From assembly GCA_963797555.1 (NCBI GenBank), contig CAWCPV010000016.1, forward strand, positions 96,001 to 160,000: a stretch of DNA of 64,000 nucleotides, in the 5' to 3' direction. The stretch comes from an uncultured Gammaproteobacteria bacterium (GTDB taxonomy: Bacteria; Pseudomonadota; Gammaproteobacteria; CAWCPV01). The translations under genes were made by a program, and so were the position numbers. The notes below the pieces were generated by a model. That model saw only the letters and a program-made list of their open reading frames with translations. It was not told the DNA's origin and made no database searches. Within the stretch, counting starts at the first letter, position 1. Every line of letters starts with the position of its first letter. Positions 22,593 through 31,813 of this stretch are shown here, piece after piece.

Positions 22593-23314
22593 TCAGCCGA
22601 ACAGGTCCCCTGACGGCAGGGTTTCACGGCGGGGCTTGGGTGGCCGGCCGGCCTTGCCGGGGCTCGCCTTGCGTCCGAGTGCCGCTTCCACCTGCAGCCG
22701 GAAGCGTTCGCCGCCGAGCGCGAAGTTTCCGTTGGTGGCCAAGCGGATCTCATCAACCGTCTCCGGATCGAGCTCGCTGCGGAACAGCAGCCGATACGCT
22801 TCCCGCGTGCGGTCTCCGAACGGCCAAGCGCGAGGTACTGGGCATGCGGTACCACGTGCTTGGAAGTCTTGCCTTCAGCGTTCGTCCGGTAGCTGGACCA
22901 GCGGTAATAGCGCGGATGACTGACCATCTGCGCCCGCACGGGATTCAGCTCGATGTAGCGGTAACAGGCCAGCACATAGTTCTCTTCCTGCGCCACCCAG
23001 GATCGAAAGCGTCCCTCCCACAGCGTCCCGCTGCGCCGATAGGTACGATTGACGTACTGCACATAGCGCTGGCCCAGGTGCTTCATCAACAGCGAAGCGC
23101 TGTCGGCTTTCTGCGGCGTGAGCAACAAGTGCACATGGTTGGTCATCAGCACGTAGGCGTGGACCGCGCAGCCGAACTTCGTTGCATTCTCGGCCAAACG
23201 CTCCAGGTAAAGTACGTAGTCTTCGTCGGCGAAGAAGCAGGCGTCGCGGTTGTGACCGCGCTGGATCAGGTGCAGCGGAACACCGGCAAGCGCAATGCGA
23301 GGGCGGCGGGGCAT
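22593..23314 (-). CDS. REP-associated tyrosine transposase (RAYT, Y1 HUH), one frameshift
   Basis: MPRRPR, HLIQRG, YVLMTNHVHLL (HUH), LWEGRF and YIELNPVRA. Frame break near 22800, ending ..GRP..GDLFG-stop. Confidence 0.85.
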
Positions 23315-23322
23315 ACGCGCGC

Positions 23323-23556
23323 TTAGTGGTTCTCGGCCTCCGCCGCAAAAACCTCGGCCGTCAGCCCGGCCGCCCGAATCAGGCTGCGCAGCGTTCCCCT
23401 GGCGACTTCCTTGTGATCCGGCACCGACAGCGTCGCGATACGGTCGGGCTTGACGAGGATAATGTGGCTGCCGCGCCGTCGCACCACTGAACCGCCCAGC
23501 CTCTCGAACACATGAACGACCTCGCGCCCGCTGAGGACCGGCAGGACCGGCGTCAC
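23323..23556 (-). CDS. hicA: HicA toxin
   Basis: SGREVV, RRRGSHIIL and SVPDHKEVARGTLRSLIRAAGL. Confidence 0.88.
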   Translation of the reverse strand: MTPVLPVLSGREVVHVFERLGGSVVRRRGSHIILVKPDRIATLSVPDHKEVARGTLRSLIRAAGLTAEVFAAEAENH

Positions 23557-23759
23557 GCGGAAACCTCGATCTGACGCGTCTCGATGGTCCGGGGAAGCCC
23601 CCGCTCGGCCCGTACTTCCAGGCACAGCTTGATGACCTCGGCGATATTGGCGAGCGCCTCATCTTTCGTGGCTCCCTGGCTAACGCAACCGGGAATCGCC
23701 GGGCACTCCACGATCCAGATGCCATCTTCGTCCCTGTCGATCGTCACGTTGAACTTCAT
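23553..23759 (-). CDS. hicB: HicB antitoxin
   Basis: IDRDEDG and ECPAIPGCVSQGATKDEALANIAE. Confidence 0.88.
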   Translation of the reverse strand: MKFNVTIDRDEDGIWIVECPAIPGCVSQGATKDEALANIAEVIKLCLEVRAERGLPRTIETRQIEVSA

Positions 23760-23969
23760 CGCATCGCACTCCGCGGGGTGGGGTGTGTCATCATGCCAAA
23801 TCAAGAGGCGCCGCCAAGACAATGGTGGTCTGTCCCCGATCGCCCATGGTTGCGGGCACGGTCCACAGAAATCGTTCAGGGTCCGCCTGCGATTCGAAGT
23901 AGCCACGTTGGCAAACCATTTCCCTCGCTGCCACACTAACGAGGTGACACCGACAGAGGAGTCCAAGCC

Positions 23970-24332
23970 GTGAGCGCCACACCGACGCCACTTGCCCTCG
24001 AGCGAGAAGCTCCCCCCCTGCGCCAAGACGCGAACGGAGTGATCCGCGTCGCGCAAACCCGCGTGACGCTCGAGAGCATCATCTCCCTCTTCGAGCAAGG
24101 GGCGAGTCCCGAAGAGATTGCGCTGCGCTACGATGTCCTGGATCTGCATGACATCTACGCGACCCTGAGCTACTACCTCGGTCATCGGCAACAGACGCAG
24201 GAGTACCTGGACCGCGCACGTCAAGTATCGCTCGGGGCACGGCGTGACGCGGAGCGCCGCTCAGGCGCTGCGGAGATACGCGAGCGTCTGATGCGCTACC
24301 GGAACCGCCCCGATGCTCAGTCTGCTGGCTGA
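23970..24332 (+). CDS. DUF433 antitoxin-like protein
   Basis: GVIRVAQTRVTLESII, GASPEEI and DIYATLSYYL. Confidence 0.85.
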   Translation: MSATPTPLALEREAPPLRQDANGVIRVAQTRVTLESIISLFEQGASPEEIALRYDVLDLHDIYATLSYYLGHRQQTQEYLDRARQVSLGARRDAERRSGAAEIRERLMRYRNRPDAQSAG

Positions 24333-24663
24333 CGAAAACCTCGACGCGAACATTATGCGCGGGGTCCTGCGACGCGTCCGCGACATCGACGTCGTCCGAG
24401 TGCAGGACGTAGGCCTTACCGGGACCGACGATTCGAAGGTTCTTGCATGGGCCGCCGAGCACGGCCGCGTGCTGGTCACACACGATGTCGAGACGGTGAC
24501 GCGGTTTGCCCTCGAGCGCGTCCATGCGGGTCTGCCGATGCCCGGCGTGATTGAGATCATCGCATCGGCCTCGATCGGCAAAGCTGTGGACGACCTGGCA
24601 TTGGTGCTCGAATGCTTGGCGGAAGGCGAGCTGTACGACCAGGTTCTCTACCTACCGCTGTAG
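24313..24663 (+). CDS. DUF5615 PIN-like toxin
   Basis: LLADENL, GTDDSKVLAWAAEHGRVLVTHD. Confidence 0.88.
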   Translation: MLSLLADENLDANIMRGVLRRVRDIDVVRVQDVGLTGTDDSKVLAWAAEHGRVLVTHDVETVTRFALERVHAGLPMPGVIEIIASASIGKAVDDLALVLECLAEGELYDQVLYLPL

Positions 24664-24836
24664 TCGGGCAATGGAGGCCGATACGTGATCACCGTGCCGC
24701 CGGGGTAACGCGATAGGAACTCTCCTAGCTTCGCACCCGAACCCGACCCGTACGAGAAGACAATCGGGGTCTGTCGCCGATTATCGCGAAACGGTCTCGC
24801 ATGGCCCGCACGATACGACGTCCTCGCCGGAGGTTA

Positions 24837-24888
24837 CAAGGCGAGAACTGACCCTGGATCCCCAAGGCGAGAACTGACCCTGGATCCC
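24837..24888 (+). repeat. Perfect 26-bp tandem duplication
   Basis: CAAGGCGAGAACTGACCCTGGATCCC twice, followed by a partial TGGATCCC copy. Confidence 0.85.
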
Positions 24889-25167
24889 GCTGGATCCCGC
24901 CCTCGGAGCCGGGCTGAAGGGACTCCGCGTCATCCTGGGCGCCGGCCCAGGCACCGGCGTTCGGGAGCGTACCAGGCGGGTCATGCGGCCTGCCATTGGA
25001 GAGCAACGGGTTCCCCACAATGCCTGCGGGGGTGACCAGCGTTTGTGTACCCGCCAGAAGAAAACGACGACGATCCATCTGAGACCTCCGTGCCGAAGGC
25101 CGTGGGGCGTAGCTCCTTGCGCCAGCACCGCCAAGTGCACAGCGCAGCGTGCTCCCCACTTGGATAC

Positions 25168-25878
25168 CTATGGTGTCACTGCGTGCGCCCCGGCGCCGCC
25201 CAGTCCCCCTCCCTGCAGGCCCCAGTATGTCGCCTGATAATCAAGGTCGCTTCTAAGATTGGCGCCATCCATTAGGCGTAGCGCCGCGATCCCCTTGTCC
25301 AGGAGTGGACCCAGGTTATCGCTTGTCTGGATTGCCACCAAGGGCCACGGCACAACAGCCAGTTCGTCCAAGTCGTCGCTCCCGCCTGCCCCAAGTAATT
25401 CCTCCGGCCACGGTTCTTCAGGAAACTTGCGGAACATGGAAGCGGCGGACGGATTGGCGACCGATGAATAGATGGCGAGCGCAATTTTGCTGCACGTCTG
25501 CGAAGGCCAAACACCCCCCACGGCCTTGCATCGCGCTCGAGCAAAATATCCGAATGGTGTCCAAAATAGGCCATCAGGATTGAACTTCATAAAACAAATA
25601 GCCCATACGAAATGGTCATTTGTCTGCGAAAACTCTTCTCTCCCCTCGATGAATTGACCCCAGTAAATACGAGGCAAGATGAAACCCTCATCGCCCACCC
25701 AGCTCCAGGTTTCGCAAGTAAATTTCTTCGTGTAGCCAATCACCTTACACGTAAGTCCTTTCTCTTCGAGCACTTGCCTGATAGTCTCCGCTAACCAGTA
25801 CATGCTGCGAAAGTACTTGTTGGCTTGGTAGTAGGCCTTGGCGCATTCCAGCCCCCTGTCCGTCATTGCATTGTTCAC
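25168..25878 (-). CDS. Hypothetical protein (lower GC)
   Basis: About 236-aa ORF with a GGAGGA RBS before GTG 25878, about 30 bp after the reconstructed nuclease stop. No family recognised. Confidence 0.65.
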   Translation of the reverse strand: MNNAMTDRGLECAKAYYQANKYFRSMYWLAETIRQVLEEKGLTCKVIGYTKKFTCETWSWVGDEGFILPRIYWGQFIEGREEFSQTNDHFVWAICFMKFNPDGLFWTPFGYFARARCKAVGGVWPSQTCSKIALAIYSSVANPSAASMFRKFPEEPWPEELLGAGGSDDLDELAVVPWPLVAIQTSDNLGPLLDKGIAALRLMDGANLRSDLDYQATYWGLQGGGLGGAGAHAVTP

Positions 25879-26230
25879 CCTTAGTCCTCCGTGTTTTGTT
25901 GGAAAATTATCAAACACTCTGACCGTGAAACGGCGCAGGAAACGTTTCCAACTCGCCACCGAAGCGCGCCAAGTACTTCTGTGAACATTGCGTCGCCATC
26001 GGAGCGTAATTGACGAGCGGGCCACAACACGTCCAAGTCAGAGTCTCAGCGGCCGCGGCAAATGCCGTGGGGCGCCAAATGGGAAATTGGTGGGCACCGC
26101 TAAATCGCCCGAACCCTTTATGCTCGCACAGATCCCGGGTAACCGTTCAGACCCTCCCACCAGTTGATCGATGCGTTAAGAGCGCGTCCAGCGCAGCAGA
26201 GCCGCTCGGCTTGTCGTACACTCCCGGCTC

Positions 26231-26949
26231 ATGGATCAAGAGCCCTCTATTCCGCAGGCGATCACGGCGAGCGGCCGGAGCTTTACCGAAGAGGAGATCT
26301 CCGCCATCGTCCGAATGGTGTCGATGTGCGTGGGCCTGAGTCGTTTTGAGCTGGCGCAGACCATCTGTGAGCTGCTGGGGTGGAGACGGGACAACGGAGC
26401 CCTGAAGTCCCGCGAGGGTCGGGATCTACTGGAGCGGTTGGAAGCTCGGGGGGATCTGGGGCTTCCCGCCAAGCGCACGGGCAGGCCCAAGGGGCGGCGC
26501 ACCTGCACTGCGCAGACCGATCGGGGCGAACGCCGCGGCGAGATTGCCGGTGCGCTGCAGGAGGTGGCCCCGGTGGAGCTTCAGTTAGTGCGCCAGGCCG
26601 AGGGACGGGCATTGTGGCGCGAGCTTCTCGCGCGCTATCACTACTTGGGCTATGCCACACCCTTTGGGGCCCAGTTGGTCTATCTCATCCGCTCCCAGCG
26701 CCGGGAGGGGGAGGTGTTGGGCGGGCTCACCTACACCAGCCCGGCCTGGCGCATGCAGGCCCGCGATGCGTGGATCGGCTGCGCTTTGCCGGGACCTGCT
26801 ACCGGGCGGCCAACTGGTGCGAGGTGGGCGAGACCAGCGGACGCGGGCGCATGGACCGTGCGCACCAACGCCATGGCAGAGCGATAAAGCGGGTCTTCCT
26901 CTACGCTCTGCACCCGCAGGCCAGAGAGCGCCTGCGCGGTGAGCGCTGA
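26231..26949 (+). pseudogene. DUF4338-like passenger gene with frame break
   Basis: SRFELAQTICELLGW, YHYLGY and RDAWIG, then an out-of-frame jump straight to RFAGTCYRAANW. Confidence 0.7.
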
Positions 26950-26951
26950 AC

Positions 26952-28521
26952 TCAAGCGGGCGCAGGAAGCGGCGGTGCCTCAAAGCCGCGGCGTCGGTGG
27001 GCGAGGACATCTCTGAGATAGCACAGCGGGGAGCTCAATCGCAGCCGAGAAGTCTCGATCACACTGGCGAGCAGCGCCAGCGCCCGGCTGCCTTGTTCGC
27101 TGCGGGTCCCCTGGCTGATGCGACGCAGAATCACCCAGTGACGCAGCGCCCGCTCCGCCACGTTGTTGGTCAGCGGCAGCTGAGGCTCATCCAACACCCG
27201 GAAGATCGCCCCCCAGTCGTTGAGCAGCTCCTTGCCCAGCGCCTGGGCCTTGTCATAAGGGCAGCAGCTCATGCGTTCACACAGGGCCGTGAGCTCGTTG
27301 AGCTCCGCCCGGGTGGGCTTGCCGCAGGGAGCCGCCCGGTCCCTCGCGGGCGTGATAGACGGCCTGCATCAGCGCATCGAGCAGGTCATAGACCGCCTGG
27401 CCGTAGCCCTGGAGGGTGGGCGAGAGGCAATCCCTCAGGCCCCGGGCCTTGCGAATGAGATGCGCCCAGCAACGCAGGCGCTTGGCATAGTCCCGATAGA
27501 CCTGGTACCCATCGCTCATCAGATAGCCGCAGAAGAGATCCTCGATGAGGTTCTGAAACATCTCTTTGGCGCGAGAGCCGACCAAGAACAGCGCCGTCGA
27601 GGCCGAGATGAACACCCATAACCACAAGGGCTCTCCCCATTGCTTGTGCGGTGTCTCATCGGCATGCATGAGGGCCGCTTCCAGCAACTGGGTCACCAGC
27701 TCATCCTCGACCGGCTCGCAGGCACGGGCGGTCTCCATCACGCATTGGTGGAGGGTGCCGATGCCGAGCGCCAGCCCAAACACCTCGTGCAGGAACTCCC
27801 GGACCAGGCGGATGGACAGGCGCATCCGAAACCGCAGCCAGACGATGAAGGCGCACAATCCCGGCCCCACCAGGCGCCACTCGCCAAGCTCCACCCCTCG
27901 CCAGCATCCCAAGTGCTCGGGCGCGCGGTGCGGCGCCTGCCGGGTCTCATGACCACAGTCGCAACGGCTCTGGTAGTATACCTGCCGCGTGCAGGTCAGG
28001 CGCAGCCCCGGCGCCTGCTCATCGCCAAAGACCAAGTCCAGCCTATCAAAGGCGGTGTAGGGCTTCGCCTGCTCAGGATTGAGCGCCCCACCACACAGCG
28101 CACAACTTCCCGGCCGATGATGGTCCCAATCGGTGACTGTCAGCTTCTGGGCGCGCCCGAATCCCTGGGAGCCAGGCTGCCGGCCCGCTCGGCGCTGCGT
28201 CCCTGAGGTCTTGCCACTCGTGTCCTTTGCGCCCTTCTGGCCGCCAGCCCCGGGGAGGCCATCCTCCTCAGAACGGCTCTTGGCCTCCTCGTCCTCAGGA
28301 CCGGCGTCGGCCTCTTCGTCCTCCCGCGCACGCAGCCAGGGGTCTTGACTGCTCGGCGGACGAGAGCTATTGGAGGGACTCTGATTGAGCCGCTCCCACG
28401 CTTCCTTGAGATCCTGCAGCAGGCGGATGCTCAGCGCTGCCAGCGCATCGGGATCCTTCTGCCTCAGCTCCAGAATGCGCTCCTCGCTGAGCTGACGAAG
28501 GTCGTGCTCCTTGAGCACCAT
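26952..28521 (-). CDS. IS66 transposase (frameshift near 27300)
   Basis: NSSRPPSS, HADET, LMSDGY, CWAHLIR and TNNVAERALR. Confidence 0.88.
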
Positions 28522-29597
28522 GATTGTGTGTGACAGTGAGGTCGAGGAACATCCTGCCAAGGGCACCCAACTGTCTCACGCTGGAACCGTTTTGTCCAGC
28601 CCTCCGGGTCAAAATATTCCAGGGGGGTGAACGGTTACGATCCCGGAGGTCCTTTACGATTCGGACAGGGCCGAACTGCGCGAGCTCAGACGTTTTGCAC
28701 AATGCATCTAATGCCTCTGGAAGATCGTTCCAGCTTAGCCAGTAAAGCTCCACGTGCCGGAGTCCTTCCCGATCTGCCTTCTCCCGCGAGGCATCCATGA
28801 TATCGGTCGGATAGGCGTGGTCTCGGGTCAAGAAGATCTCCACCTTGCGACAGGCGGGCCAGCGCTGCGAGGCCCCACGCATTTGTCGCACCAACTGGTT
28901 CATCGATCGCCTGCGCGCCTCTTCCACATCCGCTGCTGCTAAACTACTGGTGCCCGCATCTTGTGATGCAGGTGAAGGGTCGTCGCTGCTCAGACCACTG
29001 CGGTACTTGACTTCGATGAGCACAACAGTCTGTCGGCGTCCGGTTTCGGAGATTTCCACCTGGAGGTCAGGCTGAACGGTGGAATCGCCGTCCGGCAGAG
29101 TGGGCCAGAACGCCACGGCTTGCACTGTCGGTTGCTCGAATCTCAATCGATCGTGCTCCGCGTTCGGTCCTCCGCGGCGATAAGCTTTTTCCAGAAAGGG
29201 TAACAGTAACTGCTCGGGCGGAAAGTAACGCATCGGCCCGAACACGTCACCGGTAAGTTGGTCCTCTGCACCCGCACAAGCCGGCTTTCCGTAGATTTCC
29301 GCAATCATTGATGTAAGCCCCTGAAGACCATCAGACAACATGCAAGCTGGCACTGTACCGAAAGCAAAATCCGCCGTCCATCACCCCAGTTCACGCGCGT
29401 CTTGTCGGCCCGCTCGTTCGGCCGTACCCGGCCCGACGCCGTTTCATAAACTTCCTATCGGGGCAGGTCCGCAAGACAGCGTGCCGCAGCCAGGGGGACC
29501 TTACCCTGTGGGACGGAAGGGGAGACGGCCCTTGACCAGCCTGGGCGCTGATCCGCCAGCGCAACGCCAGCTTCGGCTGGCGCCGCCGGAAGGTCCC

Positions 29598-29831
29598 TCA
29601 CCTTCCCACCTCCGCCTCCGTGAAGTTCACCAGGTACCACTTGCCCCCGAACTGACAGGCCCTGCCGACGGCCCTCACGAGGTTGTTGCCGCCGCGCAGC
29701 GACACGGCCGTCTCGTATTCCTTGCAGATGAGGCTGCGCGCGTGCCCGGAATTCCACCTGAGCGCAAGCAGCAGGCATAAGGGTATCAGCAGGAGCGGCA
29801 GGTATTGGGTCAGTCGACGGGCATGAGGCAT
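29598..29831 (-). CDS. Small hypothetical protein with N-terminal hydrophobic helix
   Basis: 77-aa ORF co-oriented between the DUF2779 and nuclease genes. Confidence 0.35.
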   Translation of the reverse strand: MPHARRLTQYLPLLLIPLCLLLALRWNSGHARSLICKEYETAVSLRGGNNLVRAVGRACQFGGKWYLVNFTEAEVGR

Positions 29832-29958
29832 ATCTGTTCTCCTCGGGGGTGTGGAACGGGTTTAGCCTCAGGGAATCGACTCAGCCCGCGCTGCCTCTTC
29901 AATCACCTGTCCAGAAGCGGCCGGGCAATGCCCTCAGTCGGGCCTCGCTCTCCACCCC

Positions 29959-31302
29959 TCACCCCGCGTCCTCGAACAGCCGCACCAGACGAACGAGCGC
30001 CAGGGTATCCCGCTCGCAGTAACGCAGCAGGTGCTCTCGGAGGGCGTCCCGGCGCTCCGGGGAGGTGGCGGGCTCGACGGCCTCCAGATAGGCGAGCTGG
30101 GCCTCGACGCCGTCGCGCACCTCGGGGAGGTTCCCGTAATCGAGCTCCGGGGCGATGGTGGAGAGCACGGCCTTCAGCGAGTAACCGCCGTTCAGCGCCG
30201 GGTGGCGGTAGGCGCGCCGCGTCAGAGGCAGGAGGTCGACCAAGCGGGGTACGAGCCCGAGCAGTCCGTCCGACAGATCGGGAAACAGCTCCGCGAGCTG
30301 GCGGATGACGGTGCGCTCGAAGTGGCTGTAGATGAGGATTGGTCCATCGCGGCCGAGCGTCTCGAGGAGCGCCTCGGCGAAGCGGCGCATGGGCGGCGCA
30401 CCGCTCGTGTCCAGGAATTCGTGGTGGGTGAGGCGCCCCCGGCCATCGTCGCGGTGGCAGGACCACTGGAAGGGGAGCTGCTGATACGGCCGCGTGCCCG
30501 CCCAGAGCGGCACGGCGAACTGGATGGTCTCGAAGTCGAGATAGCGGCGGGGAAAGCCCAGAGAGCGCAACCGCTCCGCGGGCTCGGAGCCGATCCAGGG
30601 GGAATCCTGGGGCGGACCCCGGGGACTCTCCTCGGCGGTCACCGGACCCGAGCAGTGCTCCAAGAAGGGGCACGGATAAGGGTCGTCGCACTGGTCTCCG
30701 ACCGGGACGTTGGGAAGGCTCCCGTCGAGCACCGCCCGAAACCGCTCCACCCAGGTTCCGACCTCCGGCTGCAGCGCACGCGCCTCGGCGGTGAGGTCGT
30801 GGTGGGCGAAGAGCCCACGGTAGTCGCCCCCGCCGGGGTAGACGAAACCGGTGTCGATGCAGGCGAGCTCGATGCGAGACAGGGGTATCCCCGCCCTTTC
30901 CAGCACCCAGGCTTGCACGGCGCAGTCCGGCAGATAATGCTCCTTGACCGAGGCGGCGGCCTTGACCTCCCGCAGGCAGTAGCCGGGTCCGTGCGGAAGG
31001 AGGATGTCGGTGCGCACCAGGACGCGGTCGTGGCGGAACGCGCCCTCGAACACCGGACGGCGCTCGGCCAGGGCCGCCTGAGTCTCTTCCAGGGCCTGGG
31101 CGAGGTCCTCGAAGTGCTCGATGAGCCGGCCGCCAGGATGGAGCCCGCGCGCGACCGCCCCCACGTCCTCTCCTGCGGAGAGCCAGCGTGCGCGGTCATC
31201 GCCCGCCTCCGCAAGCTCGGGATGGTGGACTTCGAGGTAGAGCCGCTTGGGGCACTGCAGCCCCGCCATGATCTTCGACTTGGACAGCCAGGCGCCACTC
31301 AC
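29959..31302 (-). CDS. DUF2779 domain nuclease-like protein
   Basis: LSKSK, QCPKRLYL, RTDIL..EVKA, YLDFET, QLPFQWS, YSLKAVL and YCERDT (PD-(D/E)XK plus RNase H-like parts). Confidence 0.85.
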   Translation of the reverse strand: MSGAWLSKSKIMAGLQCPKRLYLEVHHPELAEAGDDRARWLSAGEDVGAVARGLHPGGRLIEHFEDLAQALEETQAALAERRPVFEGAFRHDRVLVRTDILLPHGPGYCLREVKAAASVKEHYLPDCAVQAWVLERAGIPLSRIELACIDTGFVYPGGGDYRGLFAHHDLTAEARALQPEVGTWVERFRAVLDGSLPNVPVGDQCDDPYPCPFLEHCSGPVTAEESPRGPPQDSPWIGSEPAERLRSLGFPRRYLDFETIQFAVPLWAGTRPYQQLPFQWSCHRDDGRGRLTHHEFLDTSGAPPMRRFAEALLETLGRDGPILIYSHFERTVIRQLAELFPDLSDGLLGLVPRLVDLLPLTRRAYRHPALNGGYSLKAVLSTIAPELDYGNLPEVRDGVEAQLAYLEAVEPATSPERRDALREHLLRYCERDTLALVRLVRLFEDAG

Positions 31303-31340
31303 TTCGTTTTCCCCTCAAAGGGCATATCGGGAATGGATGT

Positions 31341-31371
31341 ACTCTACCTGCCCGATGCGACAAACTGCGTC
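31341..31371 (-). promoter_or_regulatory. Putative WYL-dependent promoter of the DUF2779 gene
   Basis: Minus strand GACGCAGTTTGTCGC-ATCGGGCAGG-TAGAGT, the same TGTCGC-N10-TANNNT layout as at 18768-89. Confidence 0.6.
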
Positions 31372-31813
31372 TTTACGATGGGAGGGTACGGCGTGGGAGA
31401 CCATGCCGCGGTGAGTTGAGTTCACTCGGGGGCCCGGTAATCACCGGGGACGTTCCTTCCGTAGCTCCGCGGTGAACACGATGCTGTGGGAGTCCTCGCC
31501 CCAGTCCGGGCGGCCGAGCCTGACGCGCTAACAAACTTGTCAACTTCTGTCCCCTCCCCTGCTCGGCACGCACTTGAGGTTCGGCTCGACCACCGGCGAG
31601 GTCATTCGAAGTCCCGGTCGCCGTGCACCGACCGTGCTCGATCGCGATGGGTGCGACGAGGCAGTCCAATGTCGAGCGCACTGCGAGTCCGCGCGCGGCG
31701 GCGCCGATAGAACTCCGCTGCCCGCCAGGTCCCGACGGGTTCGAGCGGATGCCTGAAGGTCAGCGAACCGAGGCAGGTCCCCAGTGGTCGAAATCCTCCT
31801 GCCCGCGCGCGGG

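Larger units (their letters stand above)
23816..24781 (+). repeat. 25-bp direct repeats flanking the DUF433/DUF5615 pair
   Basis: AAGACAATGGTGGTCTGTCCCCGAT (23816-40) versus AAGACAATCGGGGTCTGTCGCCGAT (24757-81), 22/25 identical. Confidence 0.75.
26139..28638 (-). mobile_element. IS66-family element
   Basis: Terminal IRs GTAACCGTTCA / TGAACGGTTAC, with an 8-bp target duplication GATCCCGG at 26131-38 and 28639-46. Confidence 0.93.
25910..29308 (-). pseudogene. PD-(D/E)XK-like nuclease interrupted by IS66
   Basis: MIAEIYGK, EDQLTGDVFG, QPD and IEVKY. Removing 26139-28638 plus one target copy rejoins the frame (DLRDLCEHKGFGRF..) to a TGA at 25910, giving 296 aa. Confidence 0.75.

Noticed and set aside
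24837-24900. CRISPR array
   Set aside because: Only two adjacent 26-bp units with no spacer, and no cas genes in the window.
20000-24900. Classical integron
   Set aside because: No tyrosine-recombinase IntI, no clear RYYYAAC..GTTRRRY attC sites, and cassettes lie on both strands.
26231-26949. Druantia defence system
   Set aside because: The DUF4338-like gene lies inside IS66 IRs, is disrupted, and no DruE helicase is present.
29340-29900. Additional WYL boxes upstream of the nuclease and small ORF
   Set aside because: Candidate -10 hexamers lack TGTCGC at the 10-nt spacing.
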